The notes under the pieces are model-generated. The model saw only the letters and a program-made list of their open reading frames with translations, did not search any database and was not told the origin of the DNA. Shown piece by piece: positions 1 to 8,924 of a stretch of DNA of 64,000 nt. A program made the position numbers and the translations under genes. The DNA comes from Dehalococcoidia bacterium (lineage in GTDB: Bacteria > Chloroflexota > Dehalococcoidia > GIF9 > AB-539-J10): contig WJOY01000012.1 of assembly GCA_009619075.1 (NCBI GenBank), positions 8,507-72,506 on the forward strand, in the 5' to 3' direction. Numbering within the stretch: position 1 is the first letter of the stretch; every line of letters begins with the position of its first letter.

Positions 1-503
1 TAGATGCCGGGGATTTGATTGCCTCTCTGGAAGGCTGGACAACCATTGGCCTCGGGAGAACTGAACTCCCCTCCCTTCGCTTTCCCTGGGAGATAAGAAA
101 GAAACATTTCCGCGAGAAGGCTGTGGAAGGCTTCAGAGGGTCGCAGGCCCTGGATGCCACTATATCTGACCTTTCCATTACCTGCAACCCTAAGGATGCC
201 GCCAAAGCTTTGTATATTATGTCTGGCCCAGCTAAAGAAATGAATATGGACATGATCAAGAGCGTGGGCGATTACATCAAGGAAATTGCCCCCAATGCCG
301 TAATCAGAGGTGGCGATTTCCCCGGAGAAAAGCATTTCATTGACGTCACCTTGATATTGTCCCAATTGTCTTTCGTGCCCAAGATAAAAGACTTTTACGA
401 GACGGCCGTCCAATACGGACAGGAACACAAAGGACAGATAGAGGAAACACGGAAGAGAATTCAAGCCTTAGGTGACCTAGGCAAGGAATTGCCTAACTTG
501 TAG
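1..503 (+). CDS. CetZ-like tubulin/FtsZ-superfamily GTPase, C-terminal part of a paralog (5' end lies before the window start)
   Basis: Frame is open from nt 1 (DAGDLIASLEGWTTIG...). It aligns with the T7-loop-to-C-terminus of the 58512..59684 protein (DAGDIIQTLAGWTIIG...LTCDPKNAG...GDYP). The reported Met at nt 15 is a TTG. Confidence 0.6.
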   Translation, partial: DAGDLIASLEGWTTIGLGRTELPSLRFPWEIRKKHFREKAVEGFRGSQALDATISDLSITCNPKDAAKALYIMSGPAKEMNMDMIKSVGDYIKEIAPNAVIRGGDFPGEKHFIDVTLILSQLSFVPKIKDFYETAVQYGQEHKGQIEETRKRIQALGDLGKELPNL

Positions 504-516
504 TAAGCAAGCCTTT
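474..516. repeat. 43-bp direct repeat, copy 1 (overlaps the last 9 codons of the CetZ-like paralog); copy 2 at 894..937
   Basis: gacctaggcaaggaattgcctaacttgtagtaagcaagccttt versus gacttgggcaaggaattgcctagcttgtagtaagcaagccttt, 40 of 43 identical. The two copies flank the hicB cassette. Confidence 0.7.
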
Positions 517-531
517 GGCGTTTCCGTTGCT

Positions 532-750
532 TTAAATAGCCACTTTTACCCGATCCTCAACGGGAATATCCCGTCCTAACTCGTGTAGTGCTTCTATATG
601 ACCTCGAATGGCTTCTCGCACATTAGCTACAGCCTCTTCTCGAGTTTTGCCCTGACTGGTGCATCCGGGTAAACTAGGAACAAGAGCCGCATATTCTCCA
701 ATTTCCTCGTCATATTCTATAACTATTGTATATTCATATTCCTTAGCCAT
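532..750 (-). CDS. hicB: HicB-family antitoxin (UPF0150)
   Basis: 72 aa. ...YAALVPSLPGCTSQGKTREEAVANVREAIRGHIEAL is the typical HicB N-terminal domain. Confidence 0.7.
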   Translation of the reverse strand: MAKEYEYTIVIEYDEEIGEYAALVPSLPGCTSQGKTREEAVANVREAIRGHIEALHELGRDIPVEDRVKVAI

Positions 751-755
751 CTTTA

Positions 756-833
756 ATCCCCCTCTTTGCGAAGTAACCTAATAAATTGCTCATTGCTTAG
801 CTTTGCTTGCTTCAAAATGCTCTTAAGCAGGGG
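756..833 (-). pseudogene. hicA: hicA toxin remnant (C-terminal 25 codons only, no start codon)
   Basis: The minus-strand frame reads (stop)PLLKSILKQAKLSNEQFIRLLRKEGD(stop) and ends 3 nt before the hicB ATG. LKSILKQAgLS is the canonical HicA C-terminus. An upstream in-frame stop means no intact ORF. Confidence 0.4.
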
Positions 834-893
834 CTAGGAAGTATATCATCCTGTTGCCTCATCCACAATATAAAAAACATCTGATACCTCGGC

Positions 894-937
894 TGACTTG
901 GGCAAGGAATTGCCTAGCTTGTAGTAAGCAAGCCTTT
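894..937. repeat. 43-bp direct repeat, copy 2 (duplicate of the CetZ-paralog 3' end)
   Basis: See the feature at 474..516. Confidence 0.7.
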
Positions 938-948
938 AGCTGTTCATT

Positions 949-1260
949 TTGTCACCCTGAGCGCAGCGAAGGGTTTAGATTCTTCGGTCGCGGAGTTTAC
1001 CCTGAGATGTATTAGATTCTTCGCGGAGTTTATACTGAGCGAAGCCGAAGTGCTCAGAATAACAAGGGGAAGCCATGGTCGGGGACAAGCCCCGACCCTA
1101 CACAAGATTGCTTCGGGGCTATACGCCCCTCGCAATGACATGGGAAACGGACGAGGCTTCTCTGTCATTGTCATTGCGAACGAAGTGAAGCAATCTCGTA
1201 GCGCTCAGGACAGGCTCCGCGTGGCAATCTCACTTCGTAGTGGCGGGGTTTATCCCCGCC
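949..1260. repeat. Mosaic hairpin-repeat cluster (dispersed family)
   Basis: Contains the modules TGTCACCCTGAGCG..CGAAGGG, GATTCTTCG, GGTCGGGGACAAGCCCCGACCCTAC, GTCATTGCGA..CGAAGTGAAGCAATCTC and GTAGTGGCGGGGTTTATCCCCGCC. The same modules recur at 4356, 5532, 11002, 14445, 35791, 51715 and 54575. Confidence 0.65.
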
Positions 1261-2253
1261 TTAAAAGGCGAGCTTTAAGATAGAGGCTATAATCCAGCCG
1301 AGGATAGCACAGGCGGGAAAGGTCAAAATCCAGGTTAAGACAATATTTCTGGCTATCCCCCACCGCACTGCGGAAAGACGTCTTGTGGCCCCTACCCCCA
1401 TGATCGCCGTGGTGATACAGTGTGTGGTGCTTACTGGAATACCGAAGTGTGAGGCAACCTCAATCACAGTAGCCGCCGAGGCCTCGGCGGCAAATCCATG
1501 GACAGGACGCAAGGTGGTCACCTTTAATCCCAGTGTTTTGATAACTCGCCACCCACCAATAAGAGTGCCAAAGCTAATTGAAGCTGCGGAAACTACCACA
1601 GCCCAGAAGGGGATATAGAATTCGCCGTATCCATGATAGACCATTAAAGCCATGGCGATTAAGCCAATAGGCATCTGCCCATCATTCTTGCCGTGACTAT
1701 AAGCCAGGAAGGCTGCCGAAAGGATCTGCAGGTTGCTGAAAACACCGCGCATCTTTTCCGGCGCGGCTCTTCGGAAAAGCCACATTATAGCCACCATGAC
1801 CAAAAAACCACCGCTAAGGCCTAAGAGAGGGGCGATGCCGACGGCAGAAAGCACTTTCCCCAGAACCCCCCAAACGATGATTTTACTACCCGAAGTAGCA
1901 ATGCCAGCCCCTACCAATCCCGCCACCAACCCATGGGTCAAACTTATGGGCATGCCATAGCGTGTGGCAACAACAGCCCAGATAATAATTGCCCCACTTC
2001 CAGCAAGCACAATACTCGTAGTCAAGGCTTCAGAGTAAACAATCCCTTTGCCAATGGTTATCGCCACGGCAGTGCCTGTGGCTGCCCCAGCGAAATTAAG
2101 AAAGGCAGCCATAATTATGGCTGCCCGAGGAGAGAGGCTACGAGTACCGATCACTGTAGCGATGGCATTAGCAGCATCATTAACCCCGTTCACAATGCCG
2201 AAGCCAATGGCCGCTGTAATCACCAGGATTAGCAGTGCCAAGGGATCAGGCAT
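1261..2253 (-). CDS. pit: Inorganic phosphate transporter, PiT family
   Basis: 330 aa, polytopic membrane protein with the PiT/PHO4 signature GVNDAANAIATVIGT. Paired with a DUF47 gene. Confidence 0.85.
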   Translation of the reverse strand: MPDPLALLILVITAAIGFGIVNGVNDAANAIATVIGTRSLSPRAAIIMAAFLNFAGAATGTAVAITIGKGIVYSEALTTSIVLAGSGAIIIWAVVATRYGMPISLTHGLVAGLVGAGIATSGSKIIVWGVLGKVLSAVGIAPLLGLSGGFLVMVAIMWLFRRAAPEKMRGVFSNLQILSAAFLAYSHGKNDGQMPIGLIAMALMVYHGYGEFYIPFWAVVVSAASISFGTLIGGWRVIKTLGLKVTTLRPVHGFAAEASAATVIEVASHFGIPVSTTHCITTAIMGVGATRRLSAVRWGIARNIVLTWILTFPACAILGWIIASILKLAF

Positions 2254-2875
2254 GCTTCAATACTATACCTTCGAGAACATTGGCTACATCTTCGCCTCGA
2301 TCGGTAGCGTCTTCCAAATGTTGGTAGATTTCGCGCCATTTGAGTATCTCACATGCATCCGTGGCATCATCAAATAGCTCAGCTAAAGCAGCATGAAAGA
2401 CATCATCAGCCTCGTTTTCCAAACTGTTGATCTCCACACACTGCTCCAGAATCTTTTCGAACTGGTTACGGTGGCGTAAGCGAGGCATTACCTCGTTCAA
2501 CTGATAGGTTACCTTAGCCACGATTAAGGTTAGCTGTCGTGCCCTTTCCGTGGGTTGGGTAATGTGGTAAAGGAAGGCAGTTCTGCCAGCAGCCTCAATG
2601 AAATCCATGACATCGTCCAAGGTTTTGGCCAGGAGAGCAATATCCTCCCTATCAATAGGAGTCACGAAAGTGCGATGCAACCTCTGTATTATCTCGTGAG
2701 TGATGATGTCACCCTGGTGCTCCAAATCCTTGAGTTGATTTGCTTTCACTTCAACATCTTCGTAGTTCTCAAAGAAGTCAACTAGCTTTTCTGCCGCCGT
2801 GACTAGATTAGCAGTGTCCTGTTCGAACAAGTCATAAAACTTGGTATCTCTGGGCGTTATTAGGAACTTAGCCAA
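2246..2875 (-). CDS. PiT-associated DUF47 / PhoU-like phosphate transport regulator
   Basis: 209 aa helical protein that overlaps the pit start by 8 nt, the usual DUF47-PiT operon arrangement. Confidence 0.7.
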   Translation of the reverse strand: MAKFLITPRDTKFYDLFEQDTANLVTAAEKLVDFFENYEDVEVKANQLKDLEHQGDIITHEIIQRLHRTFVTPIDREDIALLAKTLDDVMDFIEAAGRTAFLYHITQPTERARQLTLIVAKVTYQLNEVMPRLRHRNQFEKILEQCVEINSLENEADDVFHAALAELFDDATDACEILKWREIYQHLEDATDRGEDVANVLEGIVLKHA

Positions 2876-3094
2876 AATATAACTCCACTCCCTCGCCAGA
2901 TAAGGGGATGAGCGGACGAGGGCGCTCTTTTATTTCTACCTCGCAGTATATCATAGCACATCTTATTATGAGAAGTCGTTTGTAGTCGTCCATATGATTA
3001 GTGACACATCACCTCCTTTGTTACTATCAGGCTGTTTAATTTTGATTCCCGGTTCAATTTCAGCCATCTCAGAGGTGTTTCACCCCCAAATTTT

Positions 3095-3149
3095 GTAGTA
3101 GTTGCCTGATTTATCAGGCACAGTCGCCCAATAAATTGGGCAACTACTA
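3095..3149. other. Nested inverted repeats (possible bidirectional terminator or structured RNA)
   Basis: GTAGTAGTTGCC...GGCAACTACTAG is a 12-bp stem that encloses GCCTGATttATCAGGC and CCCAATaaATTGGG. Confidence 0.3.
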
Positions 3150-3176
3150 GTCCTTCAAAAGAGGCACAGGAAAACC

Positions 3177-3446
3177 TTAGAATAGCCTATCAACTTTATT
3201 ATAAGTATCTTCGGAACGTCTAGCTATCTTACCGACAATCACCAGTCGATCCTTATCAAACACAGCGTAAATAATACGCCAATCGCCAACACGAATTCGA
3301 TAAATAGGTCCCCTGAGCTTTCTTACTCCTAAAGGGCGAGGATTAGCCTCCAGCGCACGAATAACGGCAACTATACGCTCAAACTCTACCCTGCCAAGCT
3401 TATCTAATTCATGCTGGGCCCTAAGAGTAAGCTCAACCTTGTGCAC
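3177..3446 (-). CDS. RelE/ParE-family type II toxin
   Basis: 89 aa. ...GDWRIIYAVFDKDRLVIVGKIARRSE is the RelE/ParE fold signature. Overlaps the upstream antitoxin gene by 14 nt. Confidence 0.7.
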   Translation of the reverse strand: MHKVELTLRAQHELDKLGRVEFERIVAVIRALEANPRPLGVRKLRGPIYRIRVGDWRIIYAVFDKDRLVIVGKIARRSEDTYNKVDRLF

Positions 3447-3672
3447 ATGCCTTCTTCCGGCTCAGATACTCTTCCAGCTCTATTGCCGAGCCAGGTTGGC
3501 TTTGATATCGAGCTAATTCCTCCTCCATATCTTTAATGTCTTCAATATCCTCTCCGTAGACGATATCAATAGCCCTCCGAATGAGCTCAGCAATAGAAAC
3601 ATTCTTCTCAAAAGCTAATTTCTTCAGCCCCTGGTGACTCTCCTCACTAATATAAACCATAGTTTTTTTCAT
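3433..3672 (-). CDS. Ribbon-helix-helix (CopG-like) antitoxin
   Basis: 79 aa. N-terminal VYISEESHQGLKKLAFEKNVSIAELIRRAI RHH motif, immediately upstream of the toxin gene. Confidence 0.6.
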   Translation of the reverse strand: MKKTMVYISEESHQGLKKLAFEKNVSIAELIRRAIDIVYGEDIEDIKDMEEELARYQSQPGSAIELEEYLSRKKACAQG

Positions 3673-3741
3673 GCTTAACTCCTATAGCTTAATTATCTTT
3701 GCTCACTATAACAGATATATGTCATAATGTCAACCAGCCGG

Positions 3742-4257
3742 CTATTTGAATCTCTTCACCTCAAAACGGTAGAGGCTAACAGGTTCGTCAAAGGATATCC
3801 CGGCCTTGAGTCGGCAAATCTCGATCTGCCTCTCAACTGTGTCCACACCCTCCAGGTCAGGCAGCAAAAGCCCTCGCCGGAAATCACTCTCCACAATCAC
3901 CCCATACTTTTTCGCATCCAGTTGACTTACATCCTTTACGGGCTCAGGCTTAGTAAGAATATCCACGCTATATTCCAGGTCACCCAGCTCGGAAGCCGCT
4001 ATTGGGGGGAAACGAGAGTCTCTGGTAGCCGAGCTAATAGCATTGGTCATAATCTCCTCAGCTACATTGGCTTTAGTCGGCTCAAAGGTCCCAATGCAGC
4101 CTCTTAACTCGCCTTGCTTGTGAATGGAAACAAAAACGCCCGCTCGTTCTCTCATCTCAGGAGTCAGTTCTCTCGGCTGAGGTATTTTACCCTCACGGAT
4201 ATAGCTTTCCACTGTTTCCTTAGCCAATTTCACTATGGGATGAAGTTTCTCTGCCAT
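3742..4257 (-). CDS. AMMECR1 domain protein
   Basis: 171 aa, with the RGCIGT motif characteristic of AMMECR1. Confidence 0.8.
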   Translation of the reverse strand: MAEKLHPIVKLAKETVESYIREGKIPQPRELTPEMRERAGVFVSIHKQGELRGCIGTFEPTKANVAEEIMTNAISSATRDSRFPPIAASELGDLEYSVDILTKPEPVKDVSQLDAKKYGVIVESDFRRGLLLPDLEGVDTVERQIEICRLKAGISFDEPVSLYRFEVKRFK

Positions 4258-4355
4258 AAATACCTCCCTACTATTTTAACGGCCATTTAATTTTGCCTCA
4301 GGTTCAAAACTAGATTCACCCCGCCCGGTTTAATAACCTGCAGGCCTAAGATTTT

Positions 4356-4476
4356 TGTAGTGCGACCCTTTAGGGTCGTGCACGAGGCTACCCCGTGTAG
4401 TAATCTTCGCTCCCCTGTGTAGTAGGCTTTGCCACTGCATGGGGGCTACTACACAGGGCTAAAGCCTCGCACTACG
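4356..4476. repeat. Mosaic hairpin-repeat cluster
   Basis: Hairpin modules GTAGTGCGACCCTTTAGGGTCGTGCAC and GTAGTAGGC..GCTACTAC, then GGGCTAAAGCCTCGCACTAC. Confidence 0.6.
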
Positions 4477-4488
4477 TTTTTAAACACT

Positions 4489-5508
4489 CTACTTCAGCCT
4501 TACTCTGAAATTAAGCTCACTGCCACAAAACTTGCATTTAGAATCATCCAGTCCCACTACCTGAGTATCATAACCAATGCGGCGAACGACTGTCTTGCCA
4601 CAAGAATAGCAAACGGTATTCTCATACTCATGCCCGGGAACATTGCCCAGATAGACAAACTTTAACCCTGCTTTCTTGCCAATTTTGTAAGCCTTCTCCA
4701 GAGTGGATACCGGGGTGGGTGGCAGATAATTCAAATTATGCATGGGGCAAAAGCGAGTTATATGCCATGGAGTAAGCTCACCTAAGTTATCTCGAATCCA
4801 GGTAGCGATGCCACTGAGCTGCTCCTCATCATCATTCATAGTGGGAATGACATTGGTTACCACCTCAACCCACATACCCCATTTCTCCTTAGCGCGCTTG
4901 GCTACATCCAGAATGCCACGCCAGTGAGAGATTTTTGATAGCCGACGATAAAAACCATCGCTAAAGCCCTTGACATCAACCCTCCAGGCATCGAGGTAAG
5001 GACCGATAGTATCTAAAGCCTCAGTAGTGATATAGCCGTTGGTAACATAAACAGTATATAGACCATTTTCCTTAGCCAGCTTGGCGGAATCCAAAGTATA
5101 CTCAAACCATACCGTAGGTTCATTATAAGTCCAGGCAATGCCGGCACAATTATACCGTTTAGTTAGCTCTATTTCCCTCTCAGGCAATAGTTGCTGTGAA
5201 GCATCAGGAATATCAACACAGGAAATCTCCCAATTCTGACAATGCTGGCAGTGGAAGTTGCATCCCCAGGTGCCCAAGGAAAAGGCATAAGTCCCGGGGA
5301 AGAAGTGAAATAAGGGCTTCTTTTCAATATGATCGGCGGCTACTGAAGAGACTGCAGCATAATTCATGGTATATAAGGTGCCATCCCGGTTAAGGCGCAT
5401 GCGGCAGACGCCTATCTTGCCCGGGTTTATAATGCACCTCCATTGGCAAACGTGGCATCTCACCCTGCCACCCGAGAGTTTCTCATAAAGCATCGCTTCT
5501 CTTTCCAT
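4489..5508 (-). CDS. AmmeMemoRadiSam-system radical SAM enzyme
   Basis: 339 aa with a CNFHCQHC (CxxxCxxC) cluster motif, adjacent to the AMMECR1 gene. No MEMO1 partner is in the window. Confidence 0.75.
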   Translation of the reverse strand: MEREAMLYEKLSGGRVRCHVCQWRCIINPGKIGVCRMRLNRDGTLYTMNYAAVSSVAADHIEKKPLFHFFPGTYAFSLGTWGCNFHCQHCQNWEISCVDIPDASQQLLPEREIELTKRYNCAGIAWTYNEPTVWFEYTLDSAKLAKENGLYTVYVTNGYITTEALDTIGPYLDAWRVDVKGFSDGFYRRLSKISHWRGILDVAKRAKEKWGMWVEVVTNVIPTMNDDEEQLSGIATWIRDNLGELTPWHITRFCPMHNLNYLPPTPVSTLEKAYKIGKKAGLKFVYLGNVPGHEYENTVCYSCGKTVVRRIGYDTQVVGLDDSKCKFCGSELNFRVRLK

Positions 5509-5531
5509 TATGGGCTATTATATCACCATGA

Positions 5532-5910
5532 TGGTCGGGGACAAGCCCCGACCCTACGTCCACAATTGTAGTGGCGGGGGTTTATCCCCGCCTTGGTCGG
5601 GGACAAGCCCCGACCCTACAAGAATACTTCCCCCTGTCATTGCGAGGAGCATCAGCGGTTGCGAGGCGTAGCCGAAGCAATCTCGGAGTGGGGATTCCTC
5701 GCTTACGCTCGGAACAAGCTCCGCAATCTCCAAGAATATTCTACCACTGAGATTGCCACACTGCCCCTTCGTTACACTCAAGGCTTCGGCTCACCGCAGC
5801 TAACAAGCGCCACTTGTAGTGCGAGGCTTCCCTTTTACTCCGTAGTGCGAGGCTTTAGCCTCGCGCCAGATAAGCACGACCCTGAAGGGTCGCACCACAG
5901 GAATATCCTG
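5532..5910. repeat. Mosaic hairpin-repeat cluster (largest copy)
   Basis: GGTCGGGGACAAGCCCCGACCCTAC occurs twice, then GTAGTGGCGGGGGTTTATCCCCGCC, GTCATTGCGAGGAGC..GCCGAAGCAATCTC, GTAGTGCGAGGCTTTAGCCTCGC and GACCCTGAAGGGTCGCAC. Confidence 0.65.
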
Positions 5911-5953
5911 GCACCGTGCACTAATTCACGCCACATACTATAATTCAGGAGAA

Positions 5954-6550
5954 ATGACTGTCATTGGCGTGACTGGCAATATAGGCAGTGGCAAAAGCAC
6001 GGTATGCCGAATTTTAGCCAAGCTTGGTGTCACCATTATTGATGCTGATGAACTGGCACACGAGACTTACAAGCCACGTAGCCAAACCTGGCAAGAGCTA
6101 ATCAACACCTTTGGTAAAAATATAGTTAAGGCTAACGAAGAAATTGACCGCCAAAAATTAGGGCAAATAGTTTTTGCCAATCCTGCCGCTTTGGCTTTGC
6201 TGAACCAGATAGTGCACCCTAGGGCATATCGTATGGCTCAAGAAAAAATCGAAGATTATCATCGCCAGGGGGCTAAAGCCATTGTGGTAGAAGCTACTTT
6301 GCTCATTGAGGCAGGATGGACAGATTTGGTGGATAAGGTCTGGTTAGTAGTAACTCCAGAGGATGTAGCAATCCGAAGACTCACTCAGCACAAAGGAATC
6401 GCCAAAGCTCAGATTTTGACTCGCCTCAAGGCACAGATGCCAGCAGAGGAAAAAATGAAATATGCCGATGAAGTAATTTACAACGCTGGCAGCCTAGGTC
6501 AGCTTGAAGCCAAAGTAACTGAGCTCTGGCATAAGCTGGGCCTGGCTTAA
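5954..6550 (+). CDS. coaE: Dephospho-CoA kinase
   Basis: 198 aa. GVTGNIGSGKST P-loop and overall CoaE architecture. Confidence 0.85.
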   Translation: MTVIGVTGNIGSGKSTVCRILAKLGVTIIDADELAHETYKPRSQTWQELINTFGKNIVKANEEIDRQKLGQIVFANPAALALLNQIVHPRAYRMAQEKIEDYHRQGAKAIVVEATLLIEAGWTDLVDKVWLVVTPEDVAIRRLTQHKGIAKAQILTRLKAQMPAEEKMKYADEVIYNAGSLGQLEAKVTELWHKLGLA

Positions 6551-6565
6551 GCCTACAGTGTGGGA

Positions 6566-8173
6566 CTAGCGCCGCTCCAGATATACTTGGCTCAAGTCAG
6601 GAATGCCTAAAGCGTTAAGCTGATAACCTTTGACGTAAGGTTTAACCAAGATATGATTGATACCAAACCATAAGGGCAAGCAGGGAGCTTCGCCCACTAT
6701 CTTCTGCTCAGCTTGCTGATACATAGATAGGCGAGTAGATCCTTCGCTATCGCTCAGGACTGTGTCTGGCTCAATGGCAGCTTGGTTAAGTAAGCTATCT
6801 ATCCCAGGATTGCTGTAGCCAGAGATATTGTTCTCACTTCCAGTATAGAAAAGGTTGTCCAGGAAATTGTGGGGGTCTGGGTAATCAGCCACCCAGCCAA
6901 GCATGAACATCTCATCCCTTTCCTGCTTCAAATGATAAAGAAAGTTTTCTGGCTCCAGTTGCCTCACCTGCACCTCAACTCCAAGATTCTCCCGCCATTC
7001 CTCGATGATGGTTCCCAGGTAATCTGGAATATTATTGCCATAACCGGAAACGGTGAGAGCAATCGGTGGTAAATTTGAGACATCTCCATACTTTGAGGCG
7101 GCAATAAGCTCTTTTGCTTTCCCCACATCGTATTCAAGCCCCTCAAGTCTTTGGCTATAGCCAGGCATACCCGGAGGTAGAATCCCCTTCGCTTCAGCCA
7201 ACATACCCCTCAATATCAACCTAGCAATGCGCTCCTTATCCACAGCGTGGCAAAAGGCGCGGCGGATGTTGACATCGTCGAAGGGAGGCTTGGTGGTGTC
7301 AAAGCCAATATAATAAAGGCTGAGCTCAGGCGTTACGGCTAATTCCCGATGGAATGGGCTAGCCTCATCCGCTGCCAGGTCAATATAATTCCGGAAAAGG
7401 GGAGTGACATCAATCTCGCCCTTTTCATACATAGCCATAGGATTGCCAGCCAGGATGTGGAAGACAACCTGCTTCAATTTAGCTAGCTCGCCATAATAAA
7501 ACTCATTTCGCTCCAAAATCAAAAGTTGACCTTGTTCCCATTTCTTTAACTTGAAAGGACCTGTTCCATTTGGCTGACGCCACCAGTTCTTCCCAAATTC
7601 CACATTAATGCGGTCAACCATAAAGGCAGTAGGGTAAGTCAGCTTGCACAGGAAATAAGCCTTGGGCGCATCGATAGTGACTTCGAGTGTGTAATCATCA
7701 AGAACTCTGATTCCTGAAATTTCCTTCGCTCTGCCTGCCAGCATGTCCTTAGCGCCAACGATGTCGCCCAGATAAGTGGCTGCTGTCTGAGAACTGGTGG
7801 CCGGGTCACAGGCTCGCTCCCAGGAGTATTTGAAATCGTCAGCCTTAACCTCCTCGCCATCATGAAACTTTACCCCGTGGCGAAGGTAGAAGGTGTATGT
7901 TCTGCCATCCTGGCTTTTCTGCCACCGCTCAGCGATGTCAGGCACTACCTCTAATTCAGCATCAAGACGAACTAACCCACTAAAGATCTGCATCACATAG
8001 GTATGAGAGGTCATTTCGCTGGAGATCGCTGGGTCAAGTGTTATGGGACCAATATCCCAAAGGTTAAGAATATCTTGGCCGGAAGACAACCCCCAGGGCT
8101 GGCAGCCAACTGAAGGAATTAATAATGCACAAACGAGGAGAAGTAATACTATAAACCGCCAGATTTTTCTCAT
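6566..8173 (-). CDS. ABC transporter substrate-binding protein, family 5 (peptide/nickel type); no adjacent permease or ATPase genes
   Basis: 535 aa with a lipoprotein-like signal (LLLVCALLIPSVGCQ) and an SBP_bac_5-like length and composition. Confidence 0.75.
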   Translation of the reverse strand: MRKIWRFIVLLLLVCALLIPSVGCQPWGLSSGQDILNLWDIGPITLDPAISSEMTSHTYVMQIFSGLVRLDAELEVVPDIAERWQKSQDGRTYTFYLRHGVKFHDGEEVKADDFKYSWERACDPATSSQTAATYLGDIVGAKDMLAGRAKEISGIRVLDDYTLEVTIDAPKAYFLCKLTYPTAFMVDRINVEFGKNWWRQPNGTGPFKLKKWEQGQLLILERNEFYYGELAKLKQVVFHILAGNPMAMYEKGEIDVTPLFRNYIDLAADEASPFHRELAVTPELSLYYIGFDTTKPPFDDVNIRRAFCHAVDKERIARLILRGMLAEAKGILPPGMPGYSQRLEGLEYDVGKAKELIAASKYGDVSNLPPIALTVSGYGNNIPDYLGTIIEEWRENLGVEVQVRQLEPENFLYHLKQERDEMFMLGWVADYPDPHNFLDNLFYTGSENNISGYSNPGIDSLLNQAAIEPDTVLSDSEGSTRLSMYQQAEQKIVGEAPCLPLWFGINHILVKPYVKGYQLNALGIPDLSQVYLERR

Positions 8174-8180
8174 TAACTAT

Positions 8181-8837
8181 TTACCAAATAACAAGGATTT
8201 CCTCTATGGTATCGTCATAGTCTGGCTTTTCACGGGAAGAGCCAGGTTTAGGTATCACGCATTGGTAGTAGCTTTCACCTATCTCGGGTTCAACCAACTC
8301 GTCACTTTGCGGTTCAATATAAATTAACCCTTCGTCAATGGTATTGAAAGCTATGATTGCGTGTCCGCCCTCAGCATAAAGAATGATTGTAAAAGCACAA
8401 CGAAAACCCTCTTCTTCCGCATTGTTGCATACGTCCATGGCAAAATGCGAACACGTATATTTACCCTCGACATACCGCTTTTTATCTGTTTTATCTTCCC
8501 CTATAAAACTCATCATTCGGTTATATGTAGGGTCTTTAATTGTGTAGCCGTGCCCGGCTACTAGTCCATCATAACTTATTTTCAAGTGAGCAAGCTCCTC
8601 TTTTGTAGTTTCCAGCCCCTCTCTTGTAGTTTTCAGCTCCTCCTCTGCAATTTCAAGCTCACTTTCTGTAATTGTAAGTCCCTCTTGTGCAGAGGCTAAT
8701 TCTGGCTCTATTCGGCTCAATTCAGCCCGCATCAAATTCAGTTCCGCTTTTGCTGAGTATAATTTGCCGTCGAGGCCCACTATGCTGATGAATAGGACAA
8801 GCCATAAACTTGCCAAGATAATTAACCGCCTTTTCAC
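8181..8837 (-). CDS. Membrane-anchored coiled-coil protein with a C-terminal Cys-His-Asp domain (possible transglutaminase/papain-like fold)
   Basis: 218 aa. N-terminal TM helix, then an E-rich coiled coil, then YTCSHF...GGHAII...NTIDEG in Cys-His-Asp order. Confidence 0.4.
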   Translation of the reverse strand: MKRRLIILASLWLVLFISIVGLDGKLYSAKAELNLMRAELSRIEPELASAQEGLTITESELEIAEEELKTTREGLETTKEELAHLKISYDGLVAGHGYTIKDPTYNRMMSFIGEDKTDKKRYVEGKYTCSHFAMDVCNNAEEEGFRCAFTIILYAEGGHAIIAFNTIDEGLIYIEPQSDELVEPEIGESYYQCVIPKPGSSREKPDYDDTIEEILVIW

Positions 8838-8924
8838 ACTCCCACCTTTATCTAGAATAAATTCTGAGCTTTCAGGCTTAAGTAATCCCTATCGCAAACA
8901 ATAATGTGCCCAAGGATGTCCTCA

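Noticed and set aside
944-1283. ORFs 944..1174(-) and 1050..1283(+), and likewise 5554..5781, 5593..5943, 51717..52058, 51982..52203, 52006..52335 and 52052..52243
   Set aside because: They lie entirely inside copies of the dispersed hairpin-repeat family. The same peptides (CHSE..RPKNLAQDRLRE) arise wherever the repeat occurs. They have no ribosome-binding sites and overlap each other on both strands. These are repeat-derived spurious ORFs.
3727-4107. ORF 3727..4107(+), 126 aa
   Set aside because: It is antisense to the well-supported AMMECR1 gene. No motif was found.
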